A stretch of DNA of 32,000 nt from Pseudoalteromonas translucida KMM 520 (GTDB lineage: Bacteria > Pseudomonadota > Gammaproteobacteria > Enterobacterales > Alteromonadaceae), in contig NZ_CP011034.1 of NCBI RefSeq assembly GCF_001465295.1, positions 2,580,001 through 2,612,000 on the forward strand. Reading direction: 5' to 3'. The notes beneath the pieces were generated by a model, which worked only from the letters and a program-made list of their open reading frames with translations, had not been told where the DNA came from and ran no database searches. Numbering within the stretch: the first letter of the stretch is position 1; every line of letters begins with the position of its first letter. The position numbers and the translations under genes were made by a program. Positions 9,481-18,109 of this stretch are shown in pieces.

Positions 9481-9509
9481 TTGCTATTGCGCTATTTAAT
9501 CCATATTAT
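9481..9509 (+). promoter_or_regulatory. Candidate sigma70 promoter for ygiM
   Basis: TTGCTA-N17-TATTAT, about 68 nt upstream of the ATG at 9577. Confidence 0.3.
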
Positions 9510-9576
9510 CGCTATACTTATGTGAAATATAAAATCACGTTCTAAACGGACACGGTTAGATTAACAAGGTAAATAA

Positions 9577-10182
9577 ATGCTAAAACACTGTTTATTATGG
9601 CTGTTTTTAACAGCCTCAACATTTGCGAGCCAAGCAGAAGAAGCTCAAACAGCAGCCCCCACCAATGCAAAAACAGCTTATATAATTGACAATCTTTATA
9701 CGTTTATGCGCTCTGGTGCGAGCAAAAACTATCGTTTACTCGGCTCTATTGATGCAGGCACACAACTGACCTTATTATCGGGTGAAGAAAACGGCTTTTT
9801 AAAAGTTAAGGATGATAAAGATCGTGAAGGTTGGGTTGAAGCTAAATACATCACACAAACAGCTGGCTTACATAAGCAGTACCAAACGTTAAGTGATGAA
9901 ATGAGCTCAATACAAAATAAACTGCGCCAAGCACAAGTTGAATTACCGCAGTTGCAAGAGCAAAACGTGCAGTTAACAAACCAAAACAAACAATTATTTA
10001 CACAAATAACTGAATTAAAAACCACGCTTGAGCAAGAACGCACTTTAAAGCAAGCCACTAGCTCTAAAGAAAAACGCCAATTACTTACTTATGGCGGTGC
10101 TATTGCATTTTTAGGATTGTTTTTAGGTATTATATTAACGATTGTGTTGTCTCGCCGTAAGCGTTATCAAGGCTGGGCATAA
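9577..10182 (+). CDS. ygiM: SH3-domain membrane-anchored protein (YgiM / TIGR04211-like)
   Basis: It has a signal peptide, an SH3-like segment (YIIDNLYTFMRSGASKNYRLLGSIDAGTQLTLL...GWVEAKYI), a coiled-coil stretch and a C-terminal TM plus basic tail (LGIILTIVLSRRKRY). It is adjacent to ygiF. Confidence 0.8.
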   Translation: MLKHCLLWLFLTASTFASQAEEAQTAAPTNAKTAYIIDNLYTFMRSGASKNYRLLGSIDAGTQLTLLSGEENGFLKVKDDKDREGWVEAKYITQTAGLHKQYQTLSDEMSSIQNKLRQAQVELPQLQEQNVQLTNQNKQLFTQITELKTTLEQERTLKQATSSKEKRQLLTYGGAIAFLGLFLGIILTIVLSRRKRYQGWA

Positions 10183-10201
10183 TACGACAACTTAATTAGT
10201 C

Positions 10202-10237
10202 GCATAAAAAAAGCATCATTTGATGCTTTTTTTATGC
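10202..10237. terminator. Bidirectional intrinsic terminator (perfect 17-bp arms) between ygiM and the Lrp-family gene
   Basis: GCATAAAAAAAGCATCA-TT-TGATGCTTTTTTTATGC has an AGCAT/ATGCT core stem with A7 and T7 flanks. Confidence 0.85.
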
Positions 10238-10249
10238 CTGCAATTTGTA

Positions 10250-10732
10250 TTACAAATCTAGGCGCAGACCCGGATCTTGTTTTATTTTTTCAATTACCAT
10301 GTAGGTGTGATGCGTTCCCACTCCTGGTATATCAACTAAGTCGCCAAGCACTTGCCTGTACTCGTCCATGTTTGATACCCTGATCTTCAGCAAGTAGTCG
10401 TAGCCACCAGCAACCATGTCGCACTCCACTACTTGCCTAATTTTTAAAATGTGTTCTCTAAACACTTTAAATACCGCGGTATTTGAAGTGACCAGTGACA
10501 CTTGTACATGTGCAACTAAGCTTTGATTAAGCTTGGCTTCGCTAAGCTTGGCAACATAGCCTTCAATATAGCCTTCTTGCTCTAAACGTTTTACACGATC
10601 AAGACAAGGGCTGGGGCTTAAATTAACCTGCTTTGCGAGGTTAACATTTGAAATTCTGCCGTTCTGTTGCAGAACGTCTAAAATAGCTAAATCGATACGA
10701 TCAAGCAGGCGTAATCTATTTGGACTCGTCAT
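10250..10732 (-). CDS. Lrp/AsnC-family transcriptional regulator, divergent from putA (PutR-like by position)
   Basis: 160 aa with an N-terminal HTH (LDRIDLAILDVLQQNGRISNVNLAKQVNLSPSPCLDRVKRLEQEGYI) and a C-terminal RAM/AsnC ligand domain. A divergent Lrp-type regulator next to putA is known as PutR in other proteobacteria. Confidence 0.88.
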   Translation of the reverse strand: MTSPNRLRLLDRIDLAILDVLQQNGRISNVNLAKQVNLSPSPCLDRVKRLEQEGYIEGYVAKLSEAKLNQSLVAHVQVSLVTSNTAVFKVFREHILKIRQVVECDMVAGGYDYLLKIRVSNMDEYRQVLGDLVDIPGVGTHHTYMVIEKIKQDPGLRLDL

Positions 10733-10901
10733 AACAGAACTTTATACGGATAAGTAGAAAATATGCCCTGTAAATTAGCGTAAAACGCCAAATTTAACCA
10801 GCATATTCTGCTGAATTTTAATTAGAATGCACGCCTTATACCAACGAATATTTAGTGGTAATTAATTTTACCTTAAGTTTTAACACTCCTGAGGGTTGCT
10901 T

Positions 10902-13900
10902 ATGTTATTCAATAGCGATTTGACAACGACTTGTCCAATTCGACAAAAAATCCGTGACTTCTACCGCATCGACGAAAATGCGGTTATCGATCATATTTTA
11001 CCACTTGCTGAAGTAGGTGTTAAAGCACGAAGTCGTGCCTGGGAAAGAGCTCGCCAAATTGTTTTAAATATTCGTAAAGACCAAGATGGTCAAAGCGGTG
11101 TTGATGCACTATTAAATGAGTTTTCACTCTCTAGTGAAGAAGGCGTGGTATTAATGTGCTTAGCCGAAGCCCTGCTTCGCGTACCAGACAAAGCAACTCA
11201 AGACACATTAATTCGTGACAAATTAGCAAAAGGCGATTGGAGCTCTCATTTAGGCAGCAGCGATTCGTTATTTGTTAACGCATCGTCTTGGGGCCTATTA
11301 GTAACCGGTAAAATGGTTAACTACACAGATAAAACCAAAGAACAGCAATTTGGTATGCTTAAAAAGACCATAGGGCGTTTAGGCGAGCCGGTTATTCGTA
11401 AATCAGTAAACTTTGCGATGAAAATTATGGGTAAGCAATTCGTTATGGGCCGTACCATTGACGAAGCAATTGTACGTGCTGCCGATAAAGAACAAAAAGG
11501 CTACGTATATTCATACGATATGCTAGGCGAAGGCGCGCGCACCATGAAAGATGCGAAGCGTTACTTTGACAGCTACATGAACGCGATTCATGCTATTGGT
11601 AAAGCGGCAAACGGCCGTGGCCCAATAAAAAGCCCAGGCATTTCAGTTAAGCTCTCTGCTATTCATCCTCGTTATGAGTTTACGCATAAAGAACGCGTAA
11701 TGGCCGAAATTGTGCCTAAGCTCAAAGAGCTTGCGCTAGTTGCTAAACAATATGACATTGGCTTTACTGTTGATGCTGAGGAAGCAGACCGTTTAGATAT
11801 TTCTTTAGATGTAATTGAAGCGGTATTTAGTGATGACGACCTAGCAGGTTGGAACGGCTTTGGTTTAGCGGTTCAAGCGTATCAAAAACGCGCTATATTT
11901 GTAATTGAATGGCTAACTGAACTTGCAACCCGCGTGGGTCGTAAAATGATGGTGCGTTTAGTTAAAGGCGCTTATTGGGACACCGAAATAAAAACCACAC
12001 AACAAGATGGTTTAGAGCATTTCCCAGTATTTACTCGCAAAGCTACCACCGACGTATCTTATAAAGCGTGTGCAATTAAAATGCTTGAAGCACGTGACGT
12101 GCTTTATCCGCAATTTGCAACACACAACGCTTACACTGCTGCCACTATACTAGAAGTAGCGAAAGGTGATAACCAAGGTTTTGAATTTCAACGCTTACAC
12201 GGTATGGGCGAATCTTTATTTGACCAAATCGTTACCGAGGAAAAAATTCAGTGTCGCGTATACGCACCGGTGGGCCAACACGAAGACCTATTGGCTTACT
12301 TAGTACGCCGTTTATTAGAAAACGGTGCTAACTCATCGTTTGTTAATGCCATTGTAGATACCACTAAGCCCGTTGAGTCACTACTGCCTGATCCGGTAGA
12401 AACACTGCAAGGTTTACGCAATAAATACAACACGCAAATTAAAATGCCAATTGACTTATATGGCGCCGAACGTGCCAATTCAAAAGGCATGGATTTAACC
12501 GATATAAACGTGATCACCCCGTTTAAAGAAAACCTTGATCTGTGGTTTAACGAACACTTAATTGAGCAAAGCCAAGTACCTGAAGGCTCTGTGGCAGTTA
12601 AAAACCCGGCAAACCACAAAGAAGTAATTGGCCATATAAAACTGCAATCTAGCGATGAAATGCAAGTTTTGCTAGCCAACGCAGAAAACGCTTTTGAATC
12701 ATGGTCACAAACATCGGTAAAAGAACGTGCTAATTTATTACGCCGTGTTGCCGATATTTTAGAGCGTCATCATGACGAGCTAGTGGCTATTTGTATTAAA
12801 GAAGCCGGTAAAATAGCTAAAGATGGTATTGATGAAGTACGCGAAGCGGTTGATTTTTGTCGTTACTACGCAGCCCGCGCTGAAGAGCTATCGCAAGATG
12901 AGCGCTTTGAAGCCCGTGGTGTTATTTTATGTATTAGCCCATGGAACTTCCCGCTAGCTATTTTCTTAGGCCAAGTAGCCGCTGCTATTGTGACCGGTAA
13001 TACCGTTATTGCAAAACCAGCTGAGCAAACGAGTCTAATTGCGCTGCGTGCCATTGAACTTATGCTATCGGTAGGTTTACCAGAGCATGTTGTGCAAGCG
13101 GTAATAGCCCGTGGTAGTGAAGTAGGTAAAACAATTGTTCCGGATGAACGCGTTCAAGCAATTATGTTTACTGGCTCGACTGAAACAGGCACGCTTATTT
13201 CACAAACACTCGCGGCTCGTAGCGATATTCAAGTACCGTTAATTGCCGAAACAGGCGGCCAAAACTGTATGATCGTTGACTCAACAGCACTCCCTGAGCA
13301 AGTGGTTGACGATGTAATTAGTTCTGGTTTTCAAAGTGCTGGGCAACGTTGTTCAGCGCTACGTGTATTATTTATTCAAGAAGACGTTGCCGATGGCATA
13401 ATCGAAATGCTTAAAGGTGCACTGGCTGAGCTACATATAGGCGACCCATCGTTACTCTCTACTGACGTAGGCCCGGTAATTGATGAAAAAGCACTGAAAA
13501 GCTTAAACGATCACGTTGAATACTTAAAAGGTAATGCGACATTACATTACGAGTGCAAAATTCCAGATAACACAGTAAATGGTGCGTACTTCTTTGCTCC
13601 TCGTTTATACGAAATAAAAGACTTATCGGTACTTAAGCGTGAAGTATTTGGCCCATGTGTACACGTTATACGCTTTAAATCGAGCGAACTAGACAGTGTT
13701 ATGGATCAAATAAACAACACAGGTTACGGCTTAACTATGGGCGTGCATTCGCGCATTGAAGAGCGTTGTGAATACCTAGCTAAAATGTCGCGTGCAGGTA
13801 ACGTGTACATTAACCGTAATATGATTGGCGCTATTGTTGGTGTGCAACCATTTGGTGGCCGTGGTTTATCAGGTACAGGCCCTAAAGCCGGTGGCCCTAA

Positions 13901-14705
13901 CTACTTACAACGTTTAGTAAAAGAAAAAGCATCGCCAGAAAACGTGCAAATGACCAATTTAACGCCAGACGAGCTTGATTTACACCACTACAGCGGTGCA
14001 AATGAGCAAGTAGAAAAGCTAATGATTAACTCAATGCGCGATGAAAAAATTTGGCGTTCAACACCACTAAACGACCGTGTATCTGCGGTGCGTCAATTGC
14101 TTGCTAAAATAGCCACAGTTGAAATTATTGACGACTTAGCTGATGATTTAGCATTAACACTTGCCGATGCACGTGCACAACTTAATCGCTTAGAAAAGCA
14201 CATGCGTAAATTTACTACATTACCAGGGCCAACAGGTGAGTCTAATACTCTGCACCTTGAAGCACGTGGTTGTGTTGTATGTTACGCCGATAAGAGCACA
14301 TCGTTTAACTTTTGGGCATTATCGATCATTACTGCAATTGCTGCGGGTAATACGGTAATTACCGTGGCCTCTGAAATATTTTATGAAGAAGCGGTTGCCT
14401 TTAGAGATAAATTTATTGCCACCGGTGTTGCTGAAGGGGTATTCCAAGTAGCTAAACCAAATCAGTTACAAGCTATATTGGCACACCCGCATTTAGCCGG
14501 CGCTGTTGTTGCGGCACGCTCTTCTCGCTTTGGTTATTTCAGCCAGCAGCTAGCACAGCGTAAAGGCGCTATTTTGCCAGTGATCAGCTCTGAATATTAC
14601 GATACGCTTATTAAACGTTTAGTAACTGAAAAAACCATTAGTATAGATACAACGGCATCAGGTGGTAATACATCGCTAATGACGCTAGTAGAAGATGATG
14701 AGTAA
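10902..14705 (+). CDS. putA: Bifunctional proline dehydrogenase / L-glutamate gamma-semialdehyde (P5C) dehydrogenase PutA
   Basis: About 1267 aa with an N-terminal PRODH barrel, a central ALDH domain (FTGSTETG, ETGGQN, catalytic Cys in GQRCSA) and a C-terminal ALDH-like domain. The ATG at 10902 has SD GAGGG 6 nt upstream. The ORF track begins at a TTG at 10896. Confidence 0.95.
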   Translation: MLFNSDLTTTCPIRQKIRDFYRIDENAVIDHILPLAEVGVKARSRAWERARQIVLNIRKDQDGQSGVDALLNEFSLSSEEGVVLMCLAEALLRVPDKATQDTLIRDKLAKGDWSSHLGSSDSLFVNASSWGLLVTGKMVNYTDKTKEQQFGMLKKTIGRLGEPVIRKSVNFAMKIMGKQFVMGRTIDEAIVRAADKEQKGYVYSYDMLGEGARTMKDAKRYFDSYMNAIHAIGKAANGRGPIKSPGISVKLSAIHPRYEFTHKERVMAEIVPKLKELALVAKQYDIGFTVDAEEADRLDISLDVIEAVFSDDDLAGWNGFGLAVQAYQKRAIFVIEWLTELATRVGRKMMVRLVKGAYWDTEIKTTQQDGLEHFPVFTRKATTDVSYKACAIKMLEARDVLYPQFATHNAYTAATILEVAKGDNQGFEFQRLHGMGESLFDQIVTEEKIQCRVYAPVGQHEDLLAYLVRRLLENGANSSFVNAIVDTTKPVESLLPDPVETLQGLRNKYNTQIKMPIDLYGAERANSKGMDLTDINVITPFKENLDLWFNEHLIEQSQVPEGSVAVKNPANHKEVIGHIKLQSSDEMQVLLANAENAFESWSQTSVKERANLLRRVADILERHHDELVAICIKEAGKIAKDGIDEVREAVDFCRYYAARAEELSQDERFEARGVILCISPWNFPLAIFLGQVAAAIVTGNTVIAKPAEQTSLIALRAIELMLSVGLPEHVVQAVIARGSEVGKTIVPDERVQAIMFTGSTETGTLISQTLAARSDIQVPLIAETGGQNCMIVDSTALPEQVVDDVISSGFQSAGQRCSALRVLFIQEDVADGIIEMLKGALAELHIGDPSLLSTDVGPVIDEKALKSLNDHVEYLKGNATLHYECKIPDNTVNGAYFFAPRLYEIKDLSVLKREVFGPCVHVIRFKSSELDSVMDQINNTGYGLTMGVHSRIEERCEYLAKMSRAGNVYINRNMIGAIVGVQPFGGRGLSGTGPKAGGPNYLQRLVKEKASPENVQMTNLTPDELDLHHYSGANEQVEKLMINSMRDEKIWRSTPLNDRVSAVRQLLAKIATVEIIDDLADDLALTLADARAQLNRLEKHMRKFTTLPGPTGESNTLHLEARGCVVCYADKSTSFNFWALSIITAIAAGNTVITVASEIFYEEAVAFRDKFIATGVAEGVFQVAKPNQLQAILAHPHLAGAVVAARSSRFGYFSQQLAQRKGAILPVISSEYYDTLIKRLVTEKTISIDTTASGGNTSLMTLVEDDE

Positions 14706-14734
14706 CTAGTCTAGCACTAATTACTTATTCGTAT

Positions 14735-14762
14735 AAAAAGGCACCTTAGGGTGCCTTTTTTA
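14735..14762 (+). terminator. Intrinsic terminator downstream of putA
   Basis: AAAAAGGCACC-TTAG-GGTGCCTTTTTT. Confidence 0.85.
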
Positions 14763-14825
14763 CTATGTTAATTGTAATATTTTTGTTACTTTAACTAGTA
14801 GAATACTTATATGAAGTGAATTAAA

Positions 14826-16019
14826 TTGAAAGTCATTCCAATTTCGCAGTTATTACCAGGCATGTTTGTACAAAGCGTAACAAAGCAAACCGGACGTATA
14901 AAAATAAAAAGCCAAGGCTGGGTTAAAACTCAAGCCGGTATCGATAAATTAAAAAATGTCGGTATTTTAGAAGTTGAAATAGATCCAGATAAAACCCTCA
15001 TCGAATCAGTGCCTGAAAAAGAGCCAGCTAAGACACCTACCCCTATAGCAAAGCGCGATCCTTGGCAAAAAACGCACAGTGCCGAACAAGAAATGGGCAA
15101 AGCTAAAAAGCTTTACGATGAAGCTAAATCTCTACAAATTAAAGCATTTAAAGATATAAAAGCAGGCCGAGATATAGACATAGCGCCTTTTAGAGAGCTT
15201 GCTAGTGGTTTTATGGACTCGGTATTTAGAAATCAAGATGCACTCGCTTGTCTTACTCAAATGCGCCAAAAAGATGCCTACTTGTTAGAGCACTCTATTA
15301 ATGTTTCTATTTTAATTAGCATTTTTGCCAAGCATTTGAATATAGATAAAGATATTATTGAACAGCTAACTACTGGCGCGCTACTGCATGATATTGGCAA
15401 AATAAAAATTCCCGATGCAGTGCTCAATAAGCCAGGGCGTTTTACTGATGAAGAATTTACAATAATGAAAAATCATGCACGCTTTAGTAAAGAAATTTTA
15501 CAAGCTGCGGGGCTCAAAGGTATAGCTGTTGATATTGCTGGTATGCACCATGAACGCTTAGATGGCAAAGGCTATCCGTTTGGTAAAAAAGGCGATGAAA
15601 TAAGCCAGTATGTGCGTATGGCGTCAATTGTTGACGTGTATGATGCACTCACTGCTGAACGCGTTTATAAAGCGGGTATGGAGCCGATCAAAGCCTTTAA
15701 AATATTAAAACAAGGTTGCCCGGATAGTTTTGATAATGAGTTATTGACTAAATTTATTCAATGTATTGGTATTCACCCGGTAGGCACACTGGTTAAGCTC
15801 TCGAGTCAAAAAGTGGGGCTGGTTACACAGAGCAACCCTGCCAGCCCATTAAAGCCCATTGTTAAAACTTTCTATAGTGCAAAGCATGAGCGCTACACCC
15901 AAGTACAAGACATAGATTTGGCACATAAAAAAAGCCAAGATACGCTTGAGTCGGCAGTTAAAGCTGACGAATACAAAATTGACTTACAACGCTTTTATAA
16001 AAATTCAATTTTACCCTAA
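14826..16019 (+). CDS. HD-GYP domain c-di-GMP phosphodiesterase with an N-terminal DUF3391-like domain
   Basis: HDIGK and HHERLDGKGYP motifs are intact. The N-terminus KVIPISQLLPGMFV resembles the usual N-terminal domain of HD-GYP proteins. That supports the TTG start at 14826 (the next ATG is at 14862). Confidence 0.87.
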   Translation: MKVIPISQLLPGMFVQSVTKQTGRIKIKSQGWVKTQAGIDKLKNVGILEVEIDPDKTLIESVPEKEPAKTPTPIAKRDPWQKTHSAEQEMGKAKKLYDEAKSLQIKAFKDIKAGRDIDIAPFRELASGFMDSVFRNQDALACLTQMRQKDAYLLEHSINVSILISIFAKHLNIDKDIIEQLTTGALLHDIGKIKIPDAVLNKPGRFTDEEFTIMKNHARFSKEILQAAGLKGIAVDIAGMHHERLDGKGYPFGKKGDEISQYVRMASIVDVYDALTAERVYKAGMEPIKAFKILKQGCPDSFDNELLTKFIQCIGIHPVGTLVKLSSQKVGLVTQSNPASPLKPIVKTFYSAKHERYTQVQDIDLAHKKSQDTLESAVKADEYKIDLQRFYKNSILP

Positions 16020-16026
16020 TTAGCCG

Positions 16027-17142
16027 CTATTGCGGCCAATCTTGTAGCGCCTTTAAGCTAAATTCGTAGCCGTCAAAATCTAGTACGCTTTGCTCTGGTG
16101 TTATTTCTCGCACTGTTAATGCACCTATACTATCGCCCTCAAAAAGATCGCGCCCATTGAGCTTGATCCAACGCTTATCGAGTGCAGACGAATATATATG
16201 CGCCTGATATTTAAGTGGCGGTAACATGGCTTGCAATCCATCTGGCAACAGCTCTATTGGTTGCACGCGTGATGAGCTGCGCGTTGCTTGCGTTACTTCG
16301 TAGTTTTGTGTTTTTTCTGTATCTTGAATAGCTTGATCAAAAGCTGTTTCTAATAATGTTGGATTCTTTGCAAGCGCAGGTCTTTTAGTTTGTTGTGCTG
16401 TAGAGCCTTGTGAATCGAGCGGCTTACCAAGCACTTTATACTTACTTAAATCAAGCGATGCCGATGAAGGCATATTTTTTTGAGGTTGCTGCTCAGCTGC
16501 TTGTGTTGCCTGGTTATTAATTTGATTGAAGCTAGGTTGATTATAATATGGTTGTGAATATCCCTGCTGATTAATTGCGCCTTGCCCATACGTACCCTGA
16601 GCATAACTATTTTGCGGATTTAGGTTTTGCTGAAGTGTGGCTTGATTTTCCATTATTGGAATATATTGCCCTTGCGGCGTAAGTAACATTTGTACTATAC
16701 CACTGGGGGTTTGTACATATACTAACTGCCCTTGAATTGAAGTTGCTGTATTTACTGCGTCTGGCGGGGCCGTTTTTGACGCTGATGGTTGCGCCGCTAA
16801 TGCAGCTATGTTTTGCTCTGCAGTTTGTAATCTTGCTCTATTATCTATATCCGATTTGGTTGTTATTGTTGGTTCTTTATCGGCATTAGTATTTTTTAAT
16901 ATTGCTGTAGTGCTAACTTGCTCATTATTACTATTAAATGAGCTGTTTTGTAGCCATTTTCCACTAACAAAACCACCTGCAACACTAAAGCTAACCGCTA
17001 AGCTGCCACCAATCACAAACGCTAAGCGGCGGTATCGCACTAGAGACTGTTGTTGTTTAGCCTGTTGTGCCTGCAAGTCATACTGCTCGGCGCTTATATC
17101 GGCTTGTTGCGATTGCTTTAACGCATCTAATAAATAAGACAT
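16027..17142 (-). CDS. gspB: GspB/ExeB-like type II secretion assembly factor with an expanded low-complexity periplasmic region
   Basis: The N-terminus is MSYLLDALKQSQQ, followed by one TM (aa 40-62). The C-terminal segment LPPLKYQAHIYSSALDKRWIKLNGRDLFEGDSIGALTVREITPEQSVLDFDGYEFSL matches my recollection of the conserved GspB C-terminal domain. SD AGGTGA overlaps the stop of the upstream ExeA-like gene (11-nt gap). Confidence 0.75.
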   Translation of the reverse strand: MSYLLDALKQSQQADISAEQYDLQAQQAKQQQSLVRYRRLAFVIGGSLAVSFSVAGGFVSGKWLQNSSFNSNNEQVSTTAILKNTNADKEPTITTKSDIDNRARLQTAEQNIAALAAQPSASKTAPPDAVNTATSIQGQLVYVQTPSGIVQMLLTPQGQYIPIMENQATLQQNLNPQNSYAQGTYGQGAINQQGYSQPYYNQPSFNQINNQATQAAEQQPQKNMPSSASLDLSKYKVLGKPLDSQGSTAQQTKRPALAKNPTLLETAFDQAIQDTEKTQNYEVTQATRSSSRVQPIELLPDGLQAMLPPLKYQAHIYSSALDKRWIKLNGRDLFEGDSIGALTVREITPEQSVLDFDGYEFSLKALQDWPQ

Positions 17143-17153
17143 TAATCACCTAA

Positions 17154-18104
17154 CTATAAAATAAATGAAAGCCCTAAGCCTGCTGCAAATAAAGCAACAA
17201 AAGCAGAGCAATACAGCCAATATGGCACGGTTTTAGGTGGCGCATTATTAGCCGCAATAAAATCGGGTGGTAGTGACTCCAGAGCCGATTTTTTTATAAT
17301 ACTGCTATCTATTGTTAATTGCTGTTTTGCAAATGCCCCTACTAACGCCCGCTCACACACTAAGTTCATTAATCGTGGCACGCCACCGGTAAGTTGATGA
17401 ACGCTTTGCATTGCATCCAACGAAAAAATACCTTTATCGCAGCCTGCAATATGTAAACGATGCTTAATGTATGCCACCGTTTGCCCTTGCGTTAAAGGCA
17501 GTAAGTGATAGCGAGCTGTTATACGTTGTGCAAGCTGCCTTAACTCATTTCGTTTTAATAATACTTGCAGCTCAGGTTGCCCCACCAGCACTATTTGTAA
17601 TAGCTTTTTATGATCAGTTTCTATGTTGGTTAGTAGCCGCAGTTGTTCTAGTACATCGGGGGCAAGTAACTGCGCTTCGTCAATAATAAGTATGGTATGC
17701 CCACCCGCTTTATTATTTGCTTCTAAGTGCTTTTTTATAACATCGGTAAGGCTTTTTAAACTCGCATTTTGTGCGTCATAATTAATTTTAAGCTCATCAC
17801 AAATACTGGCCAAGAGCTCAAGCTCTGATAAAGCCGGATTATGGATCATCGCAACTTGAGTATTCTCTGGCAGTTTTTCTAGCATACTGCGAGTAATGGT
17901 TGTTTTACCGGTACCCACTTCGCCGGTTAATAATACAAAGCCGCCGTCTTCACCTAGTCCATAGGTAAGGTGCGCTAACGCTTCTTTATGTCGCTCACTT
18001 AAAAACAAATAATGGGGATTAGGCGAGATTGAAAAGGGTTTTTCATGCAAACCAAAATAGCTTAAATACACCTGAGTATTCCTTGGTAAATAAATCCCCC
18101 CCAT
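17154..18104 (-). CDS. gspA: ExeA/GspA-like AAA+ ATPase, short form ending in a single C-terminal TM helix
   Basis: Walker A is GEVGTGKT and Walker B is ILIIDEAQ. The N-terminal YLSYFGLHEKPFSISPNP is typical of ExeA/MshM. The C-terminal TM is YWLYCSAFVALFAAGLGLSFIL. The true start may be the GTG at 18071 (SD AAGGA 8 nt upstream), because the ATG at 18104 has no SD and lies 6 nt from a terminator U-tract. Confidence 0.8.
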   Translation of the reverse strand: MGGIYLPRNTQVYLSYFGLHEKPFSISPNPHYLFLSERHKEALAHLTYGLGEDGGFVLLTGEVGTGKTTITRSMLEKLPENTQVAMIHNPALSELELLASICDELKINYDAQNASLKSLTDVIKKHLEANNKAGGHTILIIDEAQLLAPDVLEQLRLLTNIETDHKKLLQIVLVGQPELQVLLKRNELRQLAQRITARYHLLPLTQGQTVAYIKHRLHIAGCDKGIFSLDAMQSVHQLTGGVPRLMNLVCERALVGAFAKQQLTIDSSIIKKSALESLPPDFIAANNAPPKTVPYWLYCSAFVALFAAGLGLSFIL

Positions 18105-18109
18105 AATGG

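Noticed and set aside
9729-10058. 109-aa Cys-rich minus-strand ORF inside ygiM
   Set aside because: It is antisense to the coiled-coil region of ygiM. The Cys and Phe richness comes from complementing GCA/CAA/AAA-rich codons. It has no SD or promoter.
12296-13054. 127-aa and 62-aa minus-strand ORFs inside putA
   Set aside because: They are antisense to a highly conserved enzyme-coding region, with no independent signals.
16808-17137. 109-aa plus-strand ORF inside gspB
   Set aside because: It is antisense to the Q/A-rich 5' part of gspB (CAA/GCA codons read as TTG/TGC). It is a low-complexity artefact.
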